Part shown: one piece after another, positions 13,141-23,976 of the stretch | How positions within the stretch are numbered: the first letter of the stretch is position 1 | How the letters are laid out: every line of letters begins with the position of its first letter | NCBI GenBank assembly: GCA_002269645.1 | Contig: NIVC01003467.1 | Span: 1-64,000 of the forward strand | Direction of reading: 5' to 3' | Length of the DNA stretch: 64,000 nt | Origin: Macrostomum lignano | Lineage: Eukaryota | Notes under the pieces: model-generated | What the model was told of the DNA's origin: nothing | The model's input: only the letters and a program-made list of their open reading frames with translations | The model's database searches: none | Position numbers and translations under genes: made by a program

Positions 13141-14848
13141 TATTTTCACACGGCTTGATTGTCTCAGTAATCGTTAGGGTAGTTTAGAGTGCAGATATTT
13201 GCAGCTCGGTGTTTTTTCAATGGCCTGTATTTATGTCGTTGCTCTCCAGCCGGTAGAGATTTTCATCGTTTATATTTCCAAGAAATGAAACAAAATCTAC
13301 GACAATAAAAATTCTCGCTGACGCGAGCGAGGGCAGGGAAATGTACAGTTTTGCAACTGAGGCAAAATTCCAGGAAATGGCTACTGTACATAACTCAGAT
13401 CCAAATAACTGGATGTATAGTCTCTTCGGCCCTGAAAATTGTTTTTTTTAACTAGAAACAATAGCCCAAGTGGCGCGCGCCGCCACTCGCTCATTGTAGG
13501 CAGCGCTAGAGCAGCTTATGTCCAGACAAAAAGTGCGCACAGTTATGTTCTTACCCCAAAAAGTCTGACCCCCGGCCTCAGTTCGTCTTTATGCAAAAGA
13601 GAGAGGCATACGAAGCTGCCGTGAAATGCGCAAGTACCTGCCGCAAAGTTTTGCTAGATTAATTTTCAAAATATATGATGAGACCATCTTCAATTCGAGC
13701 ACAAGAACGACGACTTAACTGGACAAGCTTTTTATCTTCGAGTACTATTAGTAGCATTTAAAGCTCGACACTTCGAATGATGGAAACTTAAAGCTTAATC
13801 AAAGTGGTATTTTCTGGAATTTTGCAGATACAAGCATCTGATAACTGGTCATTTCGGACATTGATTTTAAACTAGGATGACTGTAGGAAATTATTTTGAA
13901 GACAATTTCACTTCTAGGATTATAAACTCAAAGCTGAAGTTTCTAATCGGTGTCATATCTTAACTGCAACAGGTACAAACAAGATTAATAATTATATTTG
14001 CAGGAGGGTTGTGGGCACCCTTGCATAGCATCTTCCCTGAAATAGCTCTACAAACAGCACTGAGACAATTCTGCCTCAGTCTTTTTGTCTTTTTGTTTTC
14101 AGTCTTTTCTGTCTCACTCCGGAGCACATTAGCACGCTTCAAACAAAAGTGTACATCGTCTCTGACTTTCAAATCGTCAGGAATGTAACACTATGTGCTT
14201 TGGAGGTTGGCATACATGTTTGTAAATCGCATCGGCCAATTTTCGTTTACAAGCCCTAGATTGAATCAAACCAGAGGTTACGCTCGTAGTGGTGCGAGAG
14301 TCAAATGCGTTTACCGCTGGCTTATCGTCTGGAGACAATGGCGCAACATTTATGAGTGCGACTTTATGACTTGCTTTAGGTTTTGTTTTTTATCGGAGTC
14401 CAGATTTCAGGGTGACAGATCAGGACGTGCTCAACTTAATTCAATCAAAATCAATTGATGAAATCTATGGCATCGTCTTCGCCCTCCCAGTATGATCAGC
14501 AGCATCTCGAACGGAGATAGATTAGAGACTAAGACGCTGAAAAGATGCAACAGATTACCATGTCTCTTTCTACTTTAAAAAAGGTCTTTACGCTCAAACC
14601 AAGCCACTGGTAACTTTTGAGCATTCTACTTTTGCCAAACAACTTTCCAAACATGATATTTAATAGCAATTAGTAGCAAAACGTCCAAAAGCACAGTTCT
14701 AGACTTTTTATGCGTAAAATAGTTGCTGAGGATCTATCGAAATATAGAGGGTATTCAGAGAAATTCAGTACATCAGAGAAATTGTCCTTGGGTATCTGGT
14801 GCCACATGTTGAAGGCCAAGACACTCTGCTTGGGCCACGACACTCTGC

Positions 14849-16347
14849 TTGGGCCAAGACACTCTGCTTGCTCCCGATGAGGCATCTGCGGTGTCAGCAT
14901 GGGAAGCGCAATCTGCTAATTTCAACATTTCTACGGTGCTAAAAACACCAACTCCAAGACTTAAAAAAAAAGTCCAAGCAGACTTTTCGACGAACATATC
15001 GGAAGCAGCACCGACGCCCACAGAGCCGACTCCTCCGGTGCTCCCTTCAATGAGGCTTGGGCCTGGCTACATCCACAATATGCAGCAGCAGATCCAAGGC
15101 CTTGTTGATTTTCCGTTGGAGAGCCCACATGGTCTTCTTTATGTGCAGCTGAGCATTCACCGAGAGTTTGCGATGAGAAGCAGCGCACTTGAGGCCAAAG
15201 TCGATGCGCTAACGAGTGAGATAACCGGATATCGCTCGGAGATCAAGCGGCTGTCATCTATTATTGATCCTAATAGTGAATCTGTCCAGGTGACAACTTT
15301 CGAAGCGATAGACTCGTGGGAAGACTATATCCGCTTCATTGAAAACCCCGAGGTTTTGCACGAGAATTCGGTGAGTGTATAATACGCTTTTTGTAAAAAG
15401 TGTTTGTTTTGTAAAAAGATGTAAAAAGATTTACATCTTTTGAGATTGAGGCTGAGCAAATTGATGCATTAACTACTGTGTATATATACATAAAATACAA
15501 AAACTGAAGTAAAGTTTAAATATCCCAGCTAATTAAAAATCGCTTTGAACTCTTCCCTTTGACAGAGAAATCATTTGCGAGTCTTCGCGCGTGCCAAGTG
15601 GGAAGATTCGGTACGCGACATGCTCGACTCCGCCCCAAGGCTGAAGATGCAGGCCGTGGTCAACTACAAGGGAGTCGACATACAGCAGCGAGCCACACAG
15701 GCTGGTGTACCTACCCATTTAAGTGACGATGATCTTGGACTTAAAAAAGTATTTTTGCCATTTGTTCAAGGTTAGTGCTATTTTTCACTATAACATTTAT
15801 GAGCAGATCTTTAGCTCCTATGATTCAATACAAGTTAGACCGCATGCACTGCTTAAAAAGACTTCAAGAATAAGCCAAATTATATCTCCAATCTACTACT
15901 ACCCGACCATGAGTAGCAATGCAAAAATGTTTTTCCAAGAAATTTTAATTAAGATCTAATTGTTGCTGTTCATTTATCTTTAACAGAAGCGGTCACGAAG
16001 ATCTTCGGCAAAATCGGAGATGACAAAAGGCCTCCGATCCGAGCGGTCGCAAACGCTTGCGATCGTTTCAGACGGCGAATTCATCGCAAGGCCAGTGAAA
16101 AACCTCGGTCTACTAATAAACCTCAGCGGCTGGTTTGCAAGTATCGACCTCAGCAACCCAGGAGCTTTCAAAGACTGCAGCCGCTTCTGGAGCAGCTTGT
16201 GCCGTGCAGCAAAGACAGACCCAGAAGAAAGCTGCCGCCTCTTCAAAGGCGGCTTCACGCAAGCGCCGAAGATCTAGCGACTCTGATTCCTCTGATGCTA
16301 GTTCTATCGTGGACGTGTACTCGAATTCTAGCGATTTTGAAATCTAG
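14849..16347 (+). CDS. DUF4806-like, transposon-associated protein, probably 5'-incomplete. Exons about 14849-15370, 15566-15770 and 15987-16347, with one likely frameshift near 16120.
   Basis: Canonical splice sites (GTGAGT 15371, CAG 15565, GTTAGT 15771, CAG 15986) join in frame. A low-complexity N-terminus and coiled coil (LEAKVDALTSEI) are followed by VVNYKG...FLPFVQEAVTKIF...VANACDRFRRR, which resembles DUF4806. The domain call is by eye. Confidence 0.5.
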
Positions 16348-17239
16348 TAAAGTATGAACACTTGACGTCATCTCATTGTAGTTAACAATTATTTTTGTGT
16401 AATTTTATCGAGCTAAATTAGCTAAACAGTGAGTTTAATGTATGATTATGAGTGCATGCAAATTTGAAGGATCTCGTAAACCAGTGCTAACGGATACGAT
16501 TATCAATAGTCGCTGAACTCAGAATTGTCTATTCAGCTTGAGTGCTCACATTATGTATTTTCTATTTTGTTTAAACTTCATTAGTTACTGGTAGTTAGAA
16601 ACAAAATTATTTTGTTTAATTTCTTGCTAATGCAAATTTTCCTTACGCTTATGTTAGTTTTTTTCAGAAATTCAATGATTAATTACTAGCATATTTTAAA
16701 CATAAAGTTTTTTATAAATATTAATAAACCTTTCGTACTCTGAAAAGTATTTGTTTGCTCATGTACTCGCTCATGGGCTAAGCTCATGTACTCGTAGTTA
16801 CTAAAGAAGTCAGCTGATGCAGACACATGTCGTCGACGTGCTGATGGCTTGGCAAGGCGCATAGAGGCTTATTAAATATTCTAGCGCTCATGAAAAAAAT
16901 CCGACCTTCTGGCAGAATCGTTCAATATATCGACGGTCCTGAGGGCTGCTGACTTGATTCTGCGTTGCTCCAGTAACGACGCAGCGAAAACGCGTTCACA
17001 TAAAAACATTTAATTTTTAGCTCAACTCGAGATCATAGCACTATTTCAGCTTTCAGCATCTTTCTCTTTGCTTTTATTTGATAATCGAGCCAACCGGTGC
17101 TGGAAAATTAAATCAGTTTGAGGAGGACGAGAGGTGAGCGGGTGGGGTTGCGCTGAGCTTGCACAGCAAAATGCCTACTGAGCACTAGAGCTTAACCCAG
17201 CCCAAATGAACAAGCTCTAGGCCAGTGTGGTTGACACTC

Positions 17240-17460
17240 GAACAACCCCGGAATCTGGAGTGAGCTTCCACAGCCAGCCTCTCCAAATTCTCCAAGATTT
17301 GCTCTCGCGATTTTTATTTCCCCATGACTTTATTAAAGCATCAGCGGATACCAACGTCACACGCAAAGAGAAGCGAGTCGCTATCAAGGAGGTGTCTGAA
17401 GCTTGAAGCGGTTCCATTCATTTTCCCAAATGCTCCCATCTACTTATGATCTCACAAGAA
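17240..17460 (+). pseudogene. Decayed THAP zinc-finger domain (THAP or P-element-like N-terminus)
   Basis: Frameshifted fragments read SGVSFH, SKICSRDF, DFIKASADTNVTRK and LKLEAVPFIFPNAPIYL, matching the THAP FH..CS.HF..AVP.IF pattern. Confidence 0.55.
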
Positions 17461-18742
17461 GGCACAGCGAGCAACCTCAGTGACCTCAGGAGAAAGAGCT
17501 GGAATTGGAGTCTTTCTGGAAGCCGACTTCAATGCTGAGACGAACCTTCAGGAGATTTAGCTGCAAGCTGGAGCAGGAAGCAGCCAAGCCAGCTGGATTC
17601 CAGACGGCTACCCAAGGCAAGCTCTGCATCTATATGCTACAGACAGCTTCTGAATTCGTAACCTTGTTTTTTCTTGCGCTTAATGTGTTACAGAGGCATT
17701 GCCATAGAATGCTATTTTCGGGTGAAAAGTGCTAATGAACAGGAGGAAAACCGACATTCATACGAGCGTATTGGCTGAAGGCTGATTCTCTTATCAACTG
17801 GACTTATAAACGGAGGGCTTCTGGAAGACGTGACATTGAAGCTTAAGAATGTTGACTTTCATACTTTGAAAATCTTGAAAAAAAACTCTATCTGAGCGTG
17901 TGAATCAGTAAAAAATGACACTTGTATGGGGAATTGTCGTGCGGAATTGTCTACTAAGAAGTAGCAAGAACAGAATATAAACTTCTTTTTCTGTATATTT
18001 TTCAATAAAATTTGAAGTCTGCATTCTTCAAACGTATGCAAGAACTCAGAAATCGATGCTGGGATTTCTTGGTCTTGAATCTCTTTACTTGAATTGAAAA
18101 TAAATCGCCAACACTGACCGGTCATTTCAGTTCGACAAGCTCTTATGCGCATCATGAGCAAGGCAAGGTCGCAGTCAAACTCGAAGTTGTCGTTGGAGTT
18201 TCGGCAGACTTTTAATTTTGCTACCTCAACAATTCGGCAACTGATAACTGATTGATGCAATGCAGATTGGCTTAATATATCTATATTTAAAAACACCGAG
18301 TAACCCTTTGGGCTTTAAATGAAAAGATTGTTTGTTAATTTGCACTTGTGTAACATACTGCTCGATTTAAACTGAACTGAGTGAAAAACTTACTATGAAA
18401 GTAAATAAACAAAGCTTATTACGTAATATAAATCCCGGCTCATTACATACGGTAAACTAGAAAGTGTAAGCTAAAGTGAACGCATGCCCGACTTTTAAAG
18501 AAAAAGTTGTTTTATTCAACAGGTTTTTGAGCTACGCTCATAGCTTCCGGTATTACATGTGAGAGGTTAAACTGAATAAAAAATTATTTCTGTGGTGTCT
18601 GAAGATTTTTCAAATGGCTGCTGTTAGCTAGTTGTCAGAGGTTTTTAACTATAGGAAACTCCTGGTAGAAATATATTATATAACACAGAAAATTATATAG
18701 AGTAGAGTCTTTTAAGAAGTTAACTCTGCCAAACCACAGGAA

Positions 18743-19861
18743 CTACTGAGGCTGCACCCTGCACGCCTCCAGCCAGTCGTCGTGCACCTTCGCTTCGTCC
18801 AATTGGCTAATACGATTGCGCAACTCGATTAAATCTACGTCGTCAGGCAGTTGGCCGAGTATGAAGATGCAAATTCGAGCAAGAGGCCGGTAGATAATTC
18901 CATAGTTGTCCTGCTGAAGGAATTCTTGCTGATCAAAGTCGATCCTGGCCACCTTTTGGGTAGATTCATCCAGCCTCTGCCAGCCGGTGTTGTCATCCCA
19001 GTGCGGGAAGGTGACAAAAAACCAAAACTTGCCCGGCTCCGCATCGTCCAGAGTTTCTAAGACTCTCTCGGCAGTGGCGTTTAGAACGGGCTCCACAAAG
19101 GGCGGGCCGAGACTCCAGCCACCCGGATATCCGGACAGGTCGAGGCGGAAGAAGTTTCCCAGACTGCCAAACGCGGCGTCAGTGTCCTTGAACAGGCTGC
19201 AGAACTTGACGCCATCTCGTCCCAGAAGGCGGCAGTTCAGAGGCGACGAGAAGCCCTCATAGGTGACGTGGCCAACGTCGTACAGAGCGTCGAGTCCCGA
19301 CACGCACATGCCAGACTCACCGCCGTAGAACTTGCACAGATGAGCGTAGCGGAGGCACATCAGCGCAGTCGCGTCAGTTCCGTATGTTTGCGCCAGGTAG
19401 CGAATTCGAATACAGTTCCGGGTTTGGAAATCACCCACGAGTATATTTCCACTGGTTCCGCTCTCGGTGTATCGAACAGCAACATCAGGCAGCGGTTCAC
19501 CCTCGAGATCAATGCCTAGAAATTCTTCGATACTGTCGAACACCTGGTTGGATATTCTCTCTGCCGTATCTGCATTCGCGCGTAAATTCTGTTGAAGCAT
19601 CCTCTCCAGTTCCGTCCTGACGTTTTCATCCAATGGTTGCTGTGGCAACAACTGATAGGCAGCTTCTTGATCCGCTGTGTTGAAGAATTGCACGATTTGC
19701 AGAAACCTGCCAAACACAGCAAAAGTCGCATCCCTGTGCCTTTCCTCGGGACCCCATTGAGGAAGAGCGGTTCGATAGTCTTGAAAAAGCCTTTCGATAA
19801 AATTGTATTGTCGCATCTCCCTGGTGAGTTGGTCCGGTTCTATTCCAGCGAATTCGGCCAT
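18743..19861 (-). CDS. PCIF1/CAPAM-like N6-adenine methyltransferase-fold protein, 372 aa, copy 2
   Basis: About 39 aa differences from copy 1 by manual alignment (about 89% identity). Same motifs, including GPPF. Confidence 0.88.
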   Translation of the reverse strand: MAEFAGIEPDQLTREMRQYNFIERLFQDYRTALPQWGPEERHRDATFAVFGRFLQIVQFFNTADQEAAYQLLPQQPLDENVRTELERMLQQNLRANADTAERISNQVFDSIEEFLGIDLEGEPLPDVAVRYTESGTSGNILVGDFQTRNCIRIRYLAQTYGTDATALMCLRYAHLCKFYGGESGMCVSGLDALYDVGHVTYEGFSSPLNCRLLGRDGVKFCSLFKDTDAAFGSLGNFFRLDLSGYPGGWSLGPPFVEPVLNATAERVLETLDDAEPGKFWFFVTFPHWDDNTGWQRLDESTQKVARIDFDQQEFLQQDNYGIIYRPLARICIFILGQLPDDVDLIELRNRISQLDEAKVHDDWLEACRVQPQ

Positions 19862-20835
19862 TACTAACAGAAGGCTTGATTATCTTAGTAATTGTGAGAA
19901 TAGATGTTGAATGTTGAGGTTTTCAGCCCAGGATTTTTTCATAACCTGCATTTATATCGTTGCTTCCCAGCCCATAGAGATGTCATTGTTTAAATTTCCA
20001 AGAAATAAAAAAATCCACGAAGTACGAGGGCAGGGAACTGTACGGTTTTACAGATAGAGCGAAGGTCTCCAGGAAATGTCTACCGTACATAACTCAGGTT
20101 CAGGAGCGTAGAGTAGGGTTGGAGCGCCTGGGGGGAGCTCAGTGCTGCGTTTGTTTCCTGTCCTCCTGTGCGGGCCGGCCCACGCATCCACCCCTCCGTT
20201 GCCATGTCAGGTCGGGGTTGGGCGTCGGTCCCGGGCCTGCCCGCGGCTCCTCCCCAGGAGTGGCCTCCGCGCCGGGCTCATTTAGAGTTCTCCGGCCGGC
20301 CGTCCCGGCCTGTCAACCGTCCAGGTCAAACTGCTGTCTCGCCTTTGATGTCTGCCTGAAATCGATGGAAGCTGCTGTAGCTTTGCTATGCGCTGCATGT
20401 ACTATTTGAAGGCTGAGCCTATTTGCCCATTTCTATTATTCTAGCTTGTTTTCTAAGGTATATTTACATTTTAACCGCAGCAAAGTTCTGACCACCAACT
20501 ATTTATAAGCAAAAGAGAGAGGCCTACGGAGCTGTCGTGAAATGCATAAGCACTTGCTGCAAAGTTTTCCTCGACTACTTTTTAAAAGATGAGACCAACT
20601 TCAATTCCAGTATCAGATTTCTATTTTCTGCATCTATGTTCTGCAGTCTACTTTTAGTAGCATCGACACTTAAAGTGATAACCACAAACATCTTGATCGA
20701 AGTCGTATTTTAGGCAAAAAGTATCGGTTTTTTATTGGCATTACATTAATTTTAAACTAAGAGAAAATAAAAAGCTAAGAATCAACATTAGTAAAAGAGT
20801 ATATCAGTATTAGTATTAGTATATTAGTATATTTC

Positions 20836-20879
20836 AATTACTACGTGTTTCGCACACCAAGGTGCATCTTCAGGTTTTT
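20836..20879 (-). ncRNA. Minimal type I hammerhead ribozyme motif (Penelope-like element or retrozyme remnant)
   Basis: Minus strand reads AAAAAC-CUGAAGA-U-GCAC(CUUGGU)GUGC-GAAAC-AC-GUA|GUAAUU. Conserved core and paired stem II, very short stem III, imperfect stem I. Confidence 0.55.
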
Positions 20880-22262
20880 TGGTAGCAAAAGAAACGAACG
20901 ATGTTTTGATATTAAAAAAATGAATTCAATGAGGGTATGAAAATCAATAGCATTTGTTAAGATGGCCAGGTTTAGGCGGGTTAAGACGGTTCTTGAATTA
21001 ATTCAAACAAAACTAATAAAATCTATGGCATCATCATCGCCATCCCAGCATGATTAGTACCGTCTTGAACAGAGATAGATTAGAGACAAAGACGCGATGA
21101 GAAGATGGAACAGATGACCAGTCTCTTCCTACGTCCGAAAAAAGCCCTTACGCTCAAACCAAGCTACTGACAATTTTTTGCAGCGCCGGACGGAGCAACG
21201 CAGACACAAGAAGTTCAAGAACGCGAGCTAACTTTTTGTTGTTGCACTCCTTCTCAAACAAGAATCAAGTTGCCAGCTCTCCGGACCGTCGAGAATTCAA
21301 CAATTCTGCCATTTTCCATAAGCGCCAGTCAGGGCCATAACTGCCCCTCAGTGCCGTCTTACCAAGCTAACAAAGTTCATCAGCACTTCGATGACATGTG
21401 TCTGCATCAGCTCTGACTCTGTTGGTCACTACATGGGCTGAACCCAGACCGAGTTTCTGGGCTTTCTAGGAAACTATTTCAAATTTCCCTGATGTCGCTG
21501 ACCAAGATTCAATAATGGACAAAGTTAAACTGCTGGACATCCTCAGCTATATATAGCCTTTCAAGCATTCTATCATCACCCCGAGACCGTCGCCAACTTC
21601 AGCGTCCCCCCGAACGTGATTTTTCATCACAACCTTTACATTTCTTAAGGTCTTAAAAAACTATTTTACTCATAAAGAAGGCTACAAGTATGCTTTTAAA
21701 AGTAATTGCTACCTATTTCTATTAATAAAATTAGTGGAAAGTTGTTTTCATAAGGAGAATCTTCAAATCAAAACGCGGTCACTTACAAACATTTAATTTT
21801 TAGCTCAACACGAGCTCATAGCACTTTTTCGGCTTTCAGCATCTTTCTCTTTGTTTTACTTTGATAATTGAGCCAACCGGCGCTGGACAAACAAAACAGT
21901 TTGAGAAGGACGATCGAGAGAGGTGAGCGAGTTGGGGTGAAGCGTTTTAAATGAGCCGACTGACTCAGCATGCACAGCAAAATGCCCAGTGAGCACTAGA
22001 GCTCGACCCAGCCCGACCGAGCTATCCATAGGCCAGTGGGGTTGACCTGTCCAGCATCACGTGCTGTGTGGATATACACTGGCCACTCTTGAGCTCTGAC
22101 CGAGCTGCTTAGCCAGTGCATTTCTATTACTCTTCGTTGTCGCTATATTAGCTCTGAGCAATTTTACAATGCTTCACCTCTCTGAGCACAAAGGCTAGTG
22201 GTCAATTGCTTCAAAACTTGCTTGTGTGCTACAACGCAGCAAGGTGCAGAAGCGGCTTCATC

Positions 22263-23596
22263 ATGCAGCTTCACTTACCGCCTATGCCAAGTAACTATTT
22301 TGATAAGCAGTTTCTGCCTACCAAGGATACCACCTGGGCGACGATGTCAAACTAATCAGCTGCGACATGAAGCCAGATATGGTTGAGCAAGTTGTCGGAT
22401 CGGCCAGAGAGATTCTCAGTCGCAGAATTGTTAACGAACAGGTGAGGATTGAGGACGCGAAATAAGTTAGCTTTAATATAGAGTGAATTAAGAATAAAAA
22501 AGATGTATTAGAAAGGATTCGAATTAAATCTTTTGGTGGTCCGATTAATTCTATGTGTAGTGTTTTGTGTGTGGTGATTTTTATACAGCTACATGGCTAC
22601 ATGTGCATGTACAATTGTACACCTGTAAATCCATATTTTTCTATAGCGGGTCAATCTAAATGTAGCACAGATAGTTTTTTATTACTGCTATTACATGTCA
22701 CTCAGCATGAGAGTGCTAAAAGATCAATAGCACTAATGTTGCCCCATGACTACAAAGAGGATCAAAAGGGGAATGGAAGTGAAAGAGGACAAAGTTAGAA
22801 GATGAAAGGAGAACAAGACAAAGGAAAAGAGAAGCCAAAAAACTGATCAAGGTGATCTTTGAGATGCCTGGTTCTAGAAAACGGCTGGCTTGATACCAGG
22901 ATTAGCTAGTGCTGCAGGTAGAGCATTCCATAATTTACTGTAATTGTAATAAATCACTGCTTCTGTTCTAGAAGAAGGAACTTGAAGGAGTAGCTTTGCT
23001 GTATGTTGTTATCTCCGTTCTGGAGACCATAGTATGACTTCATAGTGTGAGTTCAAATTTTCTCTTCTTGTCTGAATAGGCTTTGAACGGCAGGGTGTTA
23101 ACTGTCGAAATGCTTGCGATAGTCCAGGGCGGGTTTACTGAGCATTCTGACAGCTCAAACGGGCCTGGCTCTTGCGTCACCAGACAAGACGATTATAAAG
23201 TCAGGGCAGCTGTACACCCTGTGTGAGCGTGTGCATGAGTACAGCATCAGTGCGCTTGCATGTGCTCAGGGGACAGCTGGTTGTGAGACGATGTCTCAAA
23301 AGGCGTCGGGACAGGGTGCCCGCAGACCGACAGATAATAATCGTTTTTTTCTGTCTGCGGAACTTTTCTAGAGTCTCAACAACTATTTCGTGCACCCAAC
23401 TCAATTCAAGATTCTTCCTCGCGAGCTCAAGGAGGAGCTGGACGAGAAATTCGGCCACAACTGGCAAGTGGTGGTCACTTCAGGCCAGTTCTGGGCCTGG
23501 TTCACCCACCTCGCTGGCTACTGCGTGGTGTTCAAGCTGCAGAGGTATTGCTTTCTGGTGTGGCGTACCAAGACTTGTTATTACAGAAAAAGTTGA
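22263..23596 (+). CDS. Divergent dynein light chain (LC8/DYNLL-type domain). Exons about 22263-22441 (one likely frameshift near 22325) and 23411-23596.
   Basis: VKLISCDMKPDMVEQVV...EQ|ILPRELKEELDEKFGHNWQVVV...F..WFTH...VVFKL...LVWRT matches the LC8 pattern (DM...IA..IKKEFDKKY..TWHCIVG..F...VTH). Phase-0 intron 22442-23410. The start codon is uncertain. Confidence 0.75.
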
Positions 23597-23630
23597 AAAA
23601 TGAATGCAACAACTACCTCACTGTGCTATG

Positions 23631-23976
23631 CGGGGGCGTCGCCATGGAGTTTATGGTGGGGGGACAAAACCAACAACTCTACATGTACATGTACATAATT
23701 TTCAGAATCGGTGTTGTCAGCGCTCAATTGACGCCATAGGCACTCATTTAAGCGCCGCAGTCACTCATTTAAGCGCCGCAGGCACTCATTTAAGCGCCGA
23801 AGGCACTCATTTAAGCGCCGCAGGCACTATTTTCTGTCACCCTGAAACAAAATTATTGATTTTAAAAACGGGTCATGAGGTTGGGTGGGGGAGGGGGACA
23901 AAGCATTGGCATGTCCCCAGCTTTTACTAGGGGGGGGGACATGTCCCCCCTGTCCCCTCCCGGTGGCGACGCCCTG
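23631..23976. mobile_element. hAT-like MITE with an internal 21-bp tandem repeat
   Basis: TIRs CGGGGGCGTCGCCA / TGGCGACGCCCTG. 8-bp TSD GTGCTATG / ATGCTATG (7 of 8 match). Four copies of GCACTCATTTAAGCGCCGCAG at 23738-23828. Confidence 0.8.

Larger units (their letters stand above)
11025..17240. repeat. Tandem segmental duplication, unit 1 (homologous to 17695-22050)
   Basis: Shared blocks: GCATTGCCA.AGAATG.TATTT (11030/17696), the PCIF1-like gene with its flanks, 13600-13900/20530-20760, 14440-14620/21000-21175 and 16985-17235/21770-22045. Confidence 0.85.
17695..22050. repeat. Tandem segmental duplication, unit 2
   Basis: See unit 1. The segment 21185-21760 is inverted relative to unit 1. 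Confidence 0.85.

Noticed and set aside
14150-14195. Additional hammerhead-like motifs (minus-strand CUGACGA...GAGAC here; CGAUGAAGG...GGCCGAUG near 8575-8610)
   Set aside because: Core nucleotides are mutated (GAGAC or GAUG instead of GAAA) and stem I does not pair. At most these are degenerate relics.
12022-19861. PCIF1-like genes as a bacterial restriction-modification methyltransferase or contamination
   Set aside because: The motif set is PCIF1-type, not Dam/N6_Mtase-type. The genes are embedded in eukaryotic repeats and share duplicated non-coding flanks with neighbouring spliced genes.
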